A stretch of DNA of 63,978 nucleotides, filler included, from Octopus bimaculoides (GCF_001194135.2; 7 parts of 7 records of this genome joined end to end with filler, not necessarily neighbours in it); one strand, 5' to 3'. Numbered from the whole stretch's first letter, positions 10,990 through 23,863 are shown. Numbers and translations are program-made. Notes: generated from the sequence alone by a model not told the origin.

Positions 10990-13530
10990 ATATGATACTC
11001 TGCAGAGCGTAATTGAAAAACGGACTGAGAAAGAGTTGATAATGGTTATGGGTGATTTCAAACGCAAAAGCCGGAAACATTAATTTAGGATATGAAGGTT
11101 TAGGAAGCATGAATGCAAATGGCCAGTTATTTGCCGATTTTTGCGCAAATAACCAGCTGGTCATTGGAGGAACTTTATTTCCGCACAAAGACCTTCACAG
11201 AGCTACATGGATATCGCCAGATCTGAAAACACAAAATCAGATCGATCACATCTGTGTAAGTTGCAAGTTCAAGAGATCACAGTTAGATGTTAGGGTAAAA
11301 AGAGGGGCTGACGCAACTTCTGGCCACCACCTACTAATTGGCAAACTACAGCTGAAGTTAAAGGCTTTAAAAGAGGAATGTAAGGTTCAACGAAAATGCA
11401 ATGTTGATTTACTAAAACACAAAGACACCCAAATAAAATACAGAAAAGCATTATCATGCAAATCAATGCAAGTAAAAAGGATGCAAGGCAACACAATAGA
11501 ACATACTTGGTCGAAAATTAAGGATGCTTTTATTTCATTATTAGAAGAATGCGTAGGGTGTGTAAACAAAAAGAATAAGACGTGGATATCACAAGAGACA
11601 CTAACAGCCATAGAAGTAAGAAAGAAGCTAAAGGAAAAATTACTATCGGCAAGCTTAGAAGTAGAGATAAATAGATGTCAGGGAAATTACAACCAACAAA
11701 ATAAGAAACTTAAAAACAATTAAGAAGAGACAAGCGAAAATATTTCGAAAATTTAGCAACGACAGCAGAAAGTGCAGCTCAGCGCCAGAACATGAAAGAG
11801 CTGTACAACACAACTAAATTACTATCTGGGAAGAGAGTAAGAGTAGAAAAGGCAGTAAAAGGGAAAGATGGCCGGACGCTAACATCAATTCTAGAACAAA
11901 AAAATCGATGGAAGGAGCATTTTGAGGATTAGCTCAATACACAACCTCCAGACACAATAGCCAACATTGTGCCAAGAAATTTGGATCTTAACATCAGCCT
12001 TGACCCACATTCCAAGTTTGAAATAAGAAAGGCTATACAATCCCTCAAGATTGGGAAAGCGGGAGGTGTAGACAATATTCCAGCTGAAGCAATGAAATCA
12101 GCTATAGAAATAGCGGTAGAAATGCTCCATCCATTATTTACTAAGATATGGCAGGAAGAAAATGTGCCTAATGATTGGAAAGAGGGACTCTTCGTAAAAT
12201 TGCCAAAAAAAGGTTATTTAAACGTTTGCGGAAATTATAGAGGGATTATGTTATTATCGACTCCCGGAAAAGTTTTTAACAGGATACTTTTGGAGCGGAT
12301 GAGGACAGCAGTCGATAAATTGTTGCGTAAAGAACAAGCCGGATTTAGAAAGAACCGTTCATGTGTAGATCAAATTGCCACTCTTCGCATCATCTTAGAG
12401 CAAAGCGCAGAGTGGAATGCACCGCTTTATATTAATTTTATTTATTTCGAAAAAGCATTCGATAGTGTAATAGGGAAGGCTTATGGAAAATTATGCATCA
12501 CTACGGCATACCAGACAAGTATATATCTATAATAAGAGCAATTTACCAAAGCATGTCATGCCGAGTTTTGCATGGAAACGGAGCTACGGATAAATTCGAC
12601 AAGGAGTTCGACAAGGCTGTATACTTTCTCCCTTTTTATTTCTACTAGTTATAGATTGGATTATGAAGGAAACTACGATTGAAAGCCAAACATGCATTGA
12701 ATGGACGGATGCAGAAGCTCTAGAAGATCTCGACTTTGCAGATGATATAGCGCTACTTTTACAAACATATAGCCAAATGCAAAATAAAACGTCAAAATTA
12801 GAAGCAATAGTTGCCAAACTAGGATTGAAAGTCAACCGCGACAAATCAAAAATTACTCGCGTTAATGAAGAAAACAGTGAACGTATTAAACTAGAAACTG
12901 GTGAACAAGAGGATGTAGCCGAGTTTACGTATTTAGGTAGTAAGATAACGTTCTCAGGCGGCACCGACGAAGATATTAAGACGAGAATAAGTAAGGCAGG
13001 GACCGCTTTTCACCTGTTAAAAAAAGTATGGAGCGCAAGTGTAATTTCAATAAAGAACAAGATAAGAATTTTTAACACTAACGTAAAAGCGGTGTTATTG
13101 TATGAGGCTGAGACATGGCGAACAACAGTTAAGTCAAATAAGCAAATACAATCATTCATCAACAGGTGCTTGCGTAGTATACTTAAAATCAGATGGCCCG
13201 AACACATAAGCAATATGGAGCTATGGCAAAGAACGAATCAAGTTTCGATTAGGGAGCAAATATTTAAGAAAAAGTGGAAGTGGATTGGTAGCACAATTAG
13301 AAAGGACACACAAAATGTAGCAAAAAGTGCTTTGCAGTGGAATCCGGATGGATATAGAAAGAGGGGTAGGCCTAAGAACTCGTGGCGTAGATCAACACAA
13401 AGGGAACTAGAGAAAAGGGGACATTCATGGCAGAGTATAAGTACAGAAGCGAAAATTTATGCGACATGGAATTTAATTATAAGTGGCCTATACTCCGCGT
13501 TGGAGGGTTAAAGGCAAGAAAGAAGAAGAA
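10990..13530 (+). mobile_element. 5'-truncated RTE-clade LINE (APE C-terminal half + RT), pseudogenised
   Basis: MGDFNAK, TWISPD..NQIDHI, KAGGVDNIPAE, NYRGIMLLS, EQAGFRKNRSCVDQI, FEKAFDSV, RQGCILSPFLF, DLDFADDIALL, FTYLGS, RKRGRPKNSWRR. Split into ORFs 11052-11723, 11969-12532 and 12663-13511; ends in gaaagaagaagaa. Confidence 0.95.
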
Positions 13531-14774
13531 TATGGTCAGGTACTACACAATTTCTACCACTCTACCACCTACTAGAAAATTAATCAACGATTTCCTTTTC
13601 AATCTTTTGCCTCTTGTGTATCACATGTTATACACAGGACACGTTTCCCTGGCGTCAGTGCATCGTATATAATACACATTCCCAATGTTTTTCAACCACC
13701 AGAGTAACTTATGAGCTTATTGAAAGAAAAAAATTTATGTTCATCAGAACATATGAAACAAAACCCAAATAGAAGTCAGAAAACAAGCATGCACATTTGA
13801 AACAAATTCATGAAAATGCTTTGCATTTCTTGTAAAGTTCAACTTAGCATAAGCCATGATACATCATTGAACAAATTGCAAACATCTCAATGGTTCTTTA
13901 CTTGTTTAGTCATGAGCTAAAGGGGTAATAAGAAATAAAGTTAGAACAATCACGCTCCCTTGGGGAAATCAACTGGAATGGTAATATAATAGAAAATGCA
14001 TTACTAACCTCTTTTGTTCTTCAACGAAGGAAGTTACCTAACAATCTAAAAATGAAGGAAACATCGTCAGCACAGATTAATCCTTTTCGATTAGAGCTGG
14101 GCGAAAGCAACGTATTAGTCTCAGGAATAGTAATGTCATTAACTTTTGTCTGTCCTGAGTATCGGGCATGTGATACACTGAACATGTTTCCCTGGCATCC
14201 AGGGACAATATACGATATACAGTCCCAAGTTTTTTCAACCACAGAGTAAATAAGGACTTAGAGGAAAACTTTATGTTAGTTATAATTTAGGAAACAAGGG
14301 TTAACTAAAAGTCAGAAAAAACTTATGGATATTTATGAAAATAATTTTTACAGATTTTCTTCACGAATAGTATGACTCCACTTCCTTATCTAACCCTTGG
14401 CTATCCGACCTGGATTGCATGAAATGTTACTGAGGTTGGGAATGAGATTCTGGGGCTGAGACATCCTTTAGTCCGGTTGGTTAACGTCTGCATTATCATC
14501 ACCACCTTATTGTAAGTTAACCAAAAGGAAAATTTCAATGCACAATCTATCTAACCGTTTATCAGTTATTTAGGCACGCATGCTTTCATGTTTTGTTGGT
14601 GGAAAATGAGAAAACGATGTGAATTGTCTTCCATGAGAGAGCGAATCTGAATCATTTGGCTCATTTGTACTCGTGGGATTAACTACGGATTTCTTAAATA
14701 AGCATAACTTCAGATCCCCATAAGAAAAAAAAATGTGTCCGTTAGAGTTAAGCCTTTCAGAAAATATATTTTAT

Positions 14775-15090
14775 CTTTTACATGTTTCAGTCACTGAACT
14801 GTGTCCATGCAGGAACACTGCCTTGATGTGGTTTAGTCGAACAAATTGACCTTAGTACTTATGTTTCTTTAAGTATGGTACTTAATCTCACCGCTAAGCT
14901 ATGGGGACGTAACCTAACCAACACCGGTTGTCGGTCGGTGGTTGTGCGACAAACACAGACAAAAATACACTCACACGCACGCGCACACACACACGACGGG
15001 CTTCCACACAGTTTCCATCTATCACATCCACTCACAAGGCACTAGTCGGTGGGGTCTTTAGTAGGAGGCTTCTGATCAAGGTGACACGTA
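14775..15090 (-). mobile_element. Degraded family A SINE
   Basis: tgtttcagtca...ccactcacaaggc matches the reverse complement of the 8583 copy. Confidence 0.75.
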
Positions 15091-17295
15091 ATGGAAGTAT
15101 ATTAACTTAACTACTTTAAATAATCGAGAGTAGCAATTGGATTGTGGCTTTTATCCATTGACATCTTATCTTCTGCCAATGAATATTCAATGATTCAAGG
15201 TGATTTACAGAGAAAGGAAACGGGATGCTGTCTTTCAGGCCTTTTCTCAAGAATTTTAAATATAAAAATACAAAAAAAACCCCAATAAATAAAATGAAAT
15301 GTTTGAAAGTAGAAATAGAATTCTTGTGTTCACTGTTGGATAAAAATATTCGCCACTGTCATACTCAGACTGCTAGAAATCACAGCCAACCGATCATAAA
15401 GGCACATATTAAACTGAAAAAATGATATGGTCACGACTGAAACACCTTCGGTCATAGGTTTGCTCAGTCACGATTGAACTGAGGTTAAACATCATCATCG
15501 TCGTCACCGACAGAATAAGTATCAAACTTTAAAACTATAGGCGCTGGTGGCAAGTTGTTGAACAAAAACCCTCCAAGAAACGAGTAAATGATAAAAGGTT
15601 TATGAGATTGATTAATCATCAACAGTTTTAATGAAGTGTCACACAATGCAGGTTTTTGTGACTGTTTAATCAACTATTGATTTAAATTCTGAATCCAGTG
15701 TAAAATGTATGAGTATATAGCCAAATAGGATTCATATTACTATTTTCGAGAATATTCACCAACTTTGGGTTATGGTTTCACTAGTCGAGCAGAAAACAAC
15801 TTTATCATTACAAATCCTTTTCTAGCTTAGCGAATTATACAGAGAACAAAGAGTGTGTTTTCATAGCATCGTCTTCCGTTAAAAGACATTCTTTGTTTTG
15901 AGATTAATCAATGCAATCCCTATCTAGAAGTTTTAAACCTGAAAGATCGCTTATATACCAAAATAATTTTTACTTAATGTTACTAAATAAGTTTAACAAA
16001 AATGAAGGGGAAAATGAAAATAATTACGCTATTCATTTTGGACAGACAACCAGCTTCGTTTGCTATCACATTCAGACAGTTTTTCGAAATTTTTAATTTT
16101 CTGCACAATATTTATGCATTCATAAATTACGTGTGTCTATGCACATTTATAGGCATATTTAAATGTACATCTTATCCTGAACATATATTCATAGCTATAT
16201 GTATCCACCCCACTCCCCACAAATAGAGTAAATTTATTTGGGACCTAAAAGACAAACAAAAAAAGTTTTTTTTTCCTGTGGAGTGGGAAGTTATAAGCAA
16301 AGCTACTGCTTATAAGACTGAAAATTCTTTCTGTTTTCTCCGTCTTGAAAAATTATACCAAATCCATTTTTCCGGGTGGCGCCTCTAAAATACGAGACTG
16401 GTTTCCTATGTGTTAACGCATGTCAATGGTCTCTCAAAAACTACCATTGAATATTTTATTTTCATAAATAAATCAATTATATATTAAAACTACTAGTACT
16501 TTGAATCGGTCGATATTTCATGATTAGTACTTCTATAACTGTAAAGAATAAAAAAAAATTATCATATAAATATTAAATATTATATTAAATATTAATATTA
16601 AAATATAAATACTTCATCTTATACACGAGGAAAGTAACTGATTTTTTATGTATTCACGCATGTTAACACTTCACGTTTTGTTACGCTAGCATCTGTAAAT
16701 ATAAGCATTAAAGAATGCTTAGTAGATAAAATCTATATATACAAAATCCTTTGCAGCTGTCTGTTCCCAATGCATTCTCAAACAGCTCAACCAAATCAAA
16801 TCAAATTTTACATAGTAATACTTATGAGACCCCATGAGTGTCAACATGTAATTTTTTTGTATTAAAACAATTCAACAGTGGCACTGTTTCCGTATTACGC
16901 CTCAAAACTTGAAGAATAAAAGTGAAACCTTCGACGGGGTAACAGTTATAAATAGTTTCACTTTTATATTGTTTAACTTTTAATAGTTTCACTTTTATTA
17001 GTTTCACTATTATTAGTTTCACTATGTATATGTATATATGTATATTTATGAAAGAAGGTTTGAAAATACAATTTTAAAGATGTTTATTCACTTGACCGGT
17101 TTCACTTTTTTAGAAAAAGATTGTCAAAAGTAAAATGTAAAGCTTTGTATGAGCTTTGTTGTGTTAAGTACTGGTTATCACAAAATTATTAAAAAACAGA
17201 AATACATTCTTTGATACTAATAAGATAATGTTAAAAACAGTTTACAAGAGAGTATTTAAGAAAGTATTCAGAACGGGACTACATATATTGTTATA

Positions 17296-18514
17296 CATGA
17301 GTTGGACAAAATAATGGAAACACCTAGCATCATAGCGTCATAATTTTGAAATATCTATAAAACCGTCAAAAGCTTGTTTATTTTTATGTTTTTTTAATTT
17401 ATTCTTACTGTTGCTTAATATGCTTTGTTAAAATTGTTGTTTCTTTTCAAATATCATCAGAAAAAGGTTATTAAAACTCATTTAAATGACAGATCCATCG
17501 GACTTTCAAAGAGGTCAAATTGTTGGTGCTCGTATGGTAGGCGCTAGCGTAACGTAAGCAACCGAAATGTTTGGTATCAAGAAGTACTGTCTCGAAAGTA
17601 ATCACAGCCTTTGAGAAAGAGGGAAAAACCCCCTTATCGAAACAAAGCTCCGGAAGAAAACCAAAACTTTCAGATAGGGACCGTCGGACTCTTACGCGAA
17701 TTGTTAGAAAAGATCACAAAAGTACAGCTCCACAAATTACTGCAGAGCTTAATGACCATCTCGAGAACCTAGTTTCCACAAAAGTTGTTCGCCGGAGGCT
17801 GCACAAAGCCGGATATCACGAGAGGGCTGCAATCAGAAAACCACTACTTTCAAAAACAAACGTTGCAAAGCATTTAATGTAGAGTAAAAACCTACAGAAT
17901 TGGTCTCTAGAGCAGCGGGAAAATGTAATTTTCTCGGAAGTGTCATCCTTTACTTTATTTCCGACTACCGGCCGAATATACGTGTAGAGATTTGACCCAG
18001 ACTGCCTTCTTCCAACTGTTAATCATGGAGGAGGATCTGTGATGATCTTGGGGGTGGGCTATATCTTGGAAATCCGCCAGGCCAATGGTTTCCCTTCATG
18101 GTAGAATTAATAATCAAGACAATTTATGCATTTTATCTAATCAAATTCAGCCTATGGTCGCGGAACTGTTTCCAGAGGGAAACGCAATCTTTCAGGATGA
18201 TAATGCACCAATTCACGCAGCTAAAGTTGTTACGAGAAACAATCTAGAGAAGTTGAAAATCTTATCTGGTCACCTCAGTCCCCAGATCTCAATATTATTG
18301 AACATTTATGGTGAATTTTAGAAAAACAAGGAATCGATATTCTCCACCATCATCACTACAAGAACTGAAGACTGTTTTAGCTGAAGAATGGACAAAAATT
18401 CTTTTGGAAACAATTCACACCTTGTAGAATTCAAGCTGTAATTACTGCCAAAGGCGGTCTGATCCCATATTAAAATAAATTTTAAGGTATTTCCATTATT
18501 TTGTCCAACTCCTG
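17296..18514 (+). mobile_element. Full-length Tc1 (DD34E-type) transposon fossil, 1219 bp
   Basis: 30-bp TIRs catgagttggacaaaataatggaaacacct / aggtatttccattattttgtccaactcctg (28/30) with TA on both sides. The transposase from ATG 17486 (MTDPSDFQRGQIVGAR, SGRKPKLSDRDRR, VIFSE, FQDDNAPIH, SPDLNIIEHLW) has stops and frameshifts. Confidence 0.95.
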
Positions 18515-18915
18515 TATTTCGGAATGGTCATTGCCTTGCTTCTTTTGTTTTTGCCAAATAAGCACACGCACTATATATTCGTTCTTCACTCGTTTATTAT
18601 TGTTCTTAGTTTATCTTATATCCATTGCCTGGAAATTTTTCATCTCACACCTCTGACCTCTTCAGCGACTCTCTCATCCACATGTTTCCTCCTGTTCTGT
18701 TTAGACCATCCCGAAATATAACAATATATGTTTCAACACACGATTTTACAACAGGAATCTTGCAAAACAAATTCATAATTTCATATATGGACACACACAC
18801 ATATATGGACATAAACATATGCACGCTTGTTTATATTACACCAGTGTATAATTATGTGTTTGTATATGTATATGTGAAAATATATGCCTTGTCACAAACA
18901 TTTAAATGTGCACTT

Positions 18916-19175
18916 CAGATGGACACATTAGTATAATTATACCTAAAATCTCCAAGAAGTTAAGGAGATAGACAAAGAACATGTTGCTTCAACTACAACA
19001 TAAGAGTTAATAAATAAATAAATTGTCGAGAAAACTCTGCCTGTCACTGATTTTATTTGTTTTTATTGACAATTTATTTATTAACTTCTATGTTGCAGTT
19101 GAAGCAACATGTTCTTTGTCTATCTTCTTAACTTCTTGAAGATTTTAGGTATAATTATACTAATGTGTCCATCTG
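18916..19175. repeat. ~110-bp near-perfect inverted repeat with ~40-bp spacer
   Basis: cagatggacacattagtataattatacc...aaattgtc (18916-19027) vs gacaattt...ggtataattatactaatgtgtccatctg (19068-19175); abuts a gap. Confidence 0.9.
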
Positions 19176-19449
19176 TNNNNNNNNNNNNNNNNNNNNNNNN
19201 NNNNNNNNNNNNNNNNNNNNTTAATTAATTAANNNNNNNNNNNNNNNNNNNNNNNNNNNNNNNNNNNNNNNNNNNNGCACATCTTCAATTTTCCCCATTC
19301 ATGCGAGGTGCCCAGCCATTATTCATCTGAGCGTCCATCTACAGAATGTCCTCAAATTTCTATACAGCATATTTTGCCTTTTTTTCTTCAAGTATATAAG
19401 CAACAATTTCATTCCCGAGCAACGCCGGTTGCCTCTGCTAGTATATACA

Positions 19450-19612
19450 TATATACGACGGGCTTCTTTCAGTTTCCATCTATCAAATCCACTCACAAGG
19501 CTTTGGTCAGCCCGAGGCTATAATAGAAGACACTTGCCCAAGGTGCCACGCAGGGGGAATGAATCTGGAACCATGTGGTTGGTAAGCAACCTACTTACCA
19601 CACAGCCACTCC
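19450..19612 (-). mobile_element. Family A SINE, 5' half
   Basis: Reverse complement of the tRNA head and CORE-like segment. Confidence 0.85.
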
Positions 19613-20011
19613 TGTGCCTATAAAATAATTGTCAGCGAAGTAATTGATTTCCCAAACACCCCTGAAAATCCTTTATAATTATTATTATTATTAATATTTT
19701 TTCTTCTTTTTCTCAGTAAATATGTTTACCATAGCTTGTTATTGTTATTTTGAAATAACATAATACAAAAAGTTAATGTGATAATATATTTCTCATTTAA
19801 ACTCCATTTCAAAACTGTAAATAAATGCTTTAATCAGCTTTTCTTATTTTATCCCAGAATAGCCATTCTCACATAGTATAATTAAAAATTTAAATAGACT
19901 AAGTTTCTCCAAGAAATTCCGTATAAGAAATGCAAATAAATGCTTTTAAGGCTGTTTTACTTATTAAATATTGACACAGTATAATAAAAAGATGAATATT
20001 GCAAGATATAT

Positions 20012-20168
20012 GCAGGCATGGCTGTGGTAAAAAGTTTGCTTCCCAACTACATGGTTCTGGGTTCAGTCCCACTGCATGGCACTTTGGAAAGTACCTTCTA
20101 TTATAGCTTCAGGTTGACCAAAGCCTTGTAAGTAGATTTGGTAGGCAGAGACTGAAAGAAGCCCTCTG
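20012..20168 (+). mobile_element. Family A SINE, 5' half
   Basis: ggcatggctgtggtaaaaag...ggttcagtccc...gactgaaagaagcc. Confidence 0.85.
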
Positions 20169-20257
20169 TATACTTATATATATATATATTGTTTTCTTTT
20201 CCTCTCTCTGATAGGAGGCACAAGCACTTACACACACATGTACACAGATGACAATAA

Positions 20258-20397
20258 TTTCTGCCTACCAAATTCAATTACAAGGCTTCGGTTGGCCCGA
20301 GGCCATAGCAGAAGACATTTACCCAAGGTGCCACACAGTGGAACTGAACCTGAAACCATGTGGTTAGGAAGCAAGCTTCCTAACCACACAGCCATGT
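20258..20397 (-). mobile_element. Family A SINE, 5' half, inverted relative to 20012-20168
   Basis: cccaaggtgccacacagtggaactgaacc...ccacacagccatg. Confidence 0.85.
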
Positions 20398-20684
20398 CCA
20401 CTCACTAATCACACTTCTTTTGCAATATCCTGCCACTTATATTATGACATTTGAATCCCAAGGCTACGCCCTAGCACTTTCCACCATCTAGAGTTCCCTC
20501 TTCCTTTACTCAACCGTCCCATTTATACTCTGATCCCCAACTCTTGTGAGTATGCCTGGCACTTTGCCACCATCTCTTTTCTGTTGTCTCCCACTCTCTC
20601 TCTCTCTCTCTCTCTCCTTCTTCTGCTCTTCCCTCATGTATCTCCTTTGTGGCAGCACACCTATTTCTGTCCTCATTCCTGATA

Positions 20685-20715
<31 letters not shown>

Positions 20716-21157
20716 GTAACCTTGTACCTCCTCTACAGCAAGGCACCTGTTTCTAGCACTTTGTCTCACTATAACCTTTCACTATCTGACACAAGATCAC
20801 CTCCTCCAATGTCCCCTCCCCTCTCAAAAGATTTTTGTCTTGTAGGTTACTTGGTGACCCTGCCAGTGTAGGTGTCACTTAAAAAGCATCTAGTCCACAC
20901 TGTAAAGTGGTTGGCATTTGGGAGGGCATCCAGCTGTAAAGACCTTATCAAAACTGACCTTATCTTGTGCTACATAAAAAGCACTCAGTCTATTCTGCTG
21001 GGTGGTTGGTGTTAGGAAGGGCATCCAGCTGTATAAAGTGTGTCAAAACAGTCACAAAAGTCTGGTGCAGGCTTCTACCTGGTCAGCTCCTGTCAAACCT
21101 TCCCACCCACACCAGCATGGAAGGGAGACGTTAAATGATGATGATGATGATGATGAT
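20398..21157 (+). mobile_element. ~750-bp interspersed repeat: pyrimidine-rich body plus ggaagggcatccagc...ttaaatgatgatg tail
   Basis: Collinear with an inverted copy at 26070-26805; the tail is shared with 21755-22065, 27858-28055, 31925-32060 and 58560-58820. Confidence 0.75.
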
Positions 21158-21461
21158 ATATATATATATATATATATATAGTGTGTATGTCTTTGCGTCC
21201 ATGTTTGTTCCCCACCACTACTAGACAGCTGGTGTTGGTGTATTTACCTCCCCATAACTTATCAGTTTGGTAAGAGAGGCTGATAGATTAAATACCAGGC
21301 TTTAAAACAAAATATATTGGCATTGATTTGCTCCCCAGAAATCCTTGAAAGCAGTGCCCCAGAATGGCCGCAGTCTAATGACTGAAACAAATAAAATGTA
21401 TGTAAATGGAATAACTCCCTTTTAAACTGTAAATAAATATCGTATATATAGTTTTTAGTTA

Positions 21462-21720
21462 GAGCGCATGGCACAGTGGTTAGGGTGTTGTACTCACGAT
21501 CACGAGATCGTGGTTTCGATTCCTAGACCAGATGGTGCGTTGTGTTCTTAAGTAAAACGCTGCCTCTCACATTACTTTGTAATCACTTTGACACATGGTA
21601 CATCCTGTGCCTGTTTGCACAATGTCAATTTGATGGAGAGAGAGTGAGTTAATGTGTGGCATGAACATTTGCTCACTAGAAACAAATCATTTGTGCAGGT
21701 CGATCAACAAGCTGGACGCT
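21462..21720 (+). mobile_element. tRNA-derived SINE (family C)
   Basis: gcgcatggcacagtggttaggg...ggtttcgattcctagacc head followed by a non-tRNA body. Confidence 0.7.
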
Positions 21721-21754
21721 CATACATCATCTTCAACGAGAGACAGCGTCACCT

Positions 21755-22065
21755 TCCTGGCACGTGAAAAGACATTCGAGTGAGTTCGTTGCCAGTCCCG
21801 CTGGACTGGCTCCTGTGCGGGTAGCTCGTAAAATACACCATTTCGAGCGTGGCCGTTGCCAGTACCGCCTGACTGGCCTTCATGCTGGTGGCACGTAAAA
21901 GCACCCACTACACTCTCGGAGTGGTTGGTGTTAGGAAGGGCATCCAGCTGTAGAAACTCTGCCAAATCAGATTGGAGCCTGGCGTAGCCATCTGGTTCAC
22001 TAGTCCTCAGTCAAATCGTCCAACCCATGCTAGCATGGAAAGTGGATGTTAAATGATGATGATGT
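21755..22065 (+). mobile_element. SINE-like 3' portion with internal ~60-bp tandem units and (ATG)n tail
   Basis: Two gttgccagt...ctggc...cgtaaaa units, then ggaagggcatccagctgtagaaac...ttaaatgatgatg. Confidence 0.75.
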
Positions 22066-22074
22066 GTGTGTGTG

Positions 22075-22118
<44 letters not shown>

Positions 22119-22806
22119 TTGTCTCTTTGTGTGCATGAATATGTGCGTCTGTTTACTTCATCATATGACTGTTAAATGACTGTTTTAACAAGGTCCCTGT
22201 GACGTGATACCATTCCTAATGCCAACCACTTCAAAGAGAGTACTGTGTGCTTTTTCCACAGCACTGTCACTGGGGAGGTCACCATGTAACAAGCAAGACT
22301 CCCGAAGACAAAACACTTTGACTGAATCGGGTTGTGGCATTGAGGTAGTTGATCTTGTGTTTGCGGTTGAGGGGTCAAAATATAAATAAGTGCCACCAGA
22401 ACAGTGTCTTGCTCAAGAGGAAATATATGGCTTCCTCAGCTGGAAAGACAGGGAGAGATATTATAAAAATATATTCATGGCTGTGTATATGTGTATTTGT
22501 GACATAAGTATATTTAGACATAAGGTTAAAATCTCTGCAGTGTTTGACAGCTGTGTGCAATAATTCTATTTCAATGGTTAATTGCCACAAGCTCCATGTT
22601 TCACCTCAAGATCAGTCCATTAGCTTCTGCAATCGTCAGTGTATATAATTTTATACACTCTGAAGAATGTTTGATACAACTGTATTGATTTTCAGCTGAA
22701 ATGTCTAGTAGGTTGTATGCAACCACTGATGTAGAACAAAGTCTGTTTTCCATGCTGGCATGGGTTGGACATCACCATCATCATTTAATGTCCAGGCACT
22801 TATATA

Positions 22807-23701
22807 CGTGGTCTGGTCAATAGGTATCTGGACTGTTGCCATAATAACGAAGCTAAAGCATGCAGTGAAGCTATGTAGCATAGATTGAGTTTGAACTTCG
22901 ATGTTGTACATGTGCATTAAGTTTTAACATTCTAGCTCACTTCTGCTGTTTACAGCAGTACTTGGAAGGAAGGTATGTGGTGTGTGATTGTCACATTGAC
23001 TGTGAAAGAGAAAGTTGAACAGAGAATCTGCTTCAAACTTTGCCAAAGACTTGGTGATACCTGCTCAGAGGTATATGCAAAATTTTCAAAAAGTTTTCAT
23101 CATTCTCGACACAATCAAGGAGATCTTATGCAACTGAAACCCAAGTGTCCTTTTGGTCAGCTGAAAGCAGTTTTGGCACAAACTTGGCAGACACGAGTTT
23201 CATACCCAAATCTTCAGTGATAATGGACTAAACTGAACCGTAACTAATCTCCACATCCTCTGATAACTCATGGATGGTGATTCGATGATTTCCCCTCACA
23301 GCTGTATGCACATCTGCAATGTTTTTCTCAGTTCTGCTGGTTGCAGGTTTCTCAGAACGTTCGTCAATATTCACATTTTTTTGGCCATCTTGGATATGTC
23401 TCAACCACTTGTACACTTGTGTGCGGCTCATACACTCCTCTCCATACACTTTCTGCAACTTTGTGTAGGTCTCTGAGCAGGTATCACCATGACAACTTCC
23501 TCTGTCTTGCTCAATGCGATGATCACATGCTACACACCTTCCTTCCAAGCACTGCTGTAAACAGTGAAAGTGAGCTAGAATGTTAAACTTAGTGTGTATG
23601 CATAGCAGAGTTCAAGGTCAATTTTTGCCAAGCAGTTTCACTCTGTATACTTTAGCTTCATTACTATGACAACAGTCTGGATACTTATTGATCAGACCTT
23701 G
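22807..23701. mobile_element. Non-autonomous mariner derivative with both ends made of the 5' end (~280-bp inverted arms)
   Basis: TA|cgtggtctggtcaataggtatc ... gatacttattgatcagaccttg|TA. The left arm reads into EQRICFKLCQRLGDTCSE on +. The remainder encodes GDTCSETYTKLQKVYGEECMSRTQVYKW...EDVEISYGSV..VSAKFVPKLL on -. Confidence 0.88.
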
Positions 23702-23716
23702 TATACATGCATGCAT

Positions 23717-23751
<35 letters not shown>

Positions 23752-23815
23752 TACATATATGTATATATAATATATATACAAATATATACATAATTATATG
23801 TATATATATATATGC

Positions 23816-23863
<48 letters not shown>

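Noticed and set aside
19221-19232. TTAATTAATTAA inside N runs (also 33388, 38321, 57009, 60555, 62197)
   Set aside because: It sits in the middle of a 100-bp N block (44 N + 12 + 44 N at 19177-19276) and gives stops in all six frames: an artificial scaffold-join linker. Distances and possibly orientation across these joins are unverified.
21462-21540. Possible tRNA gene (also 62440-62514)
   Set aside because: A and B boxes are present, but no acceptor stem closes the fold and the sequence continues into a repeat body: SINE heads.
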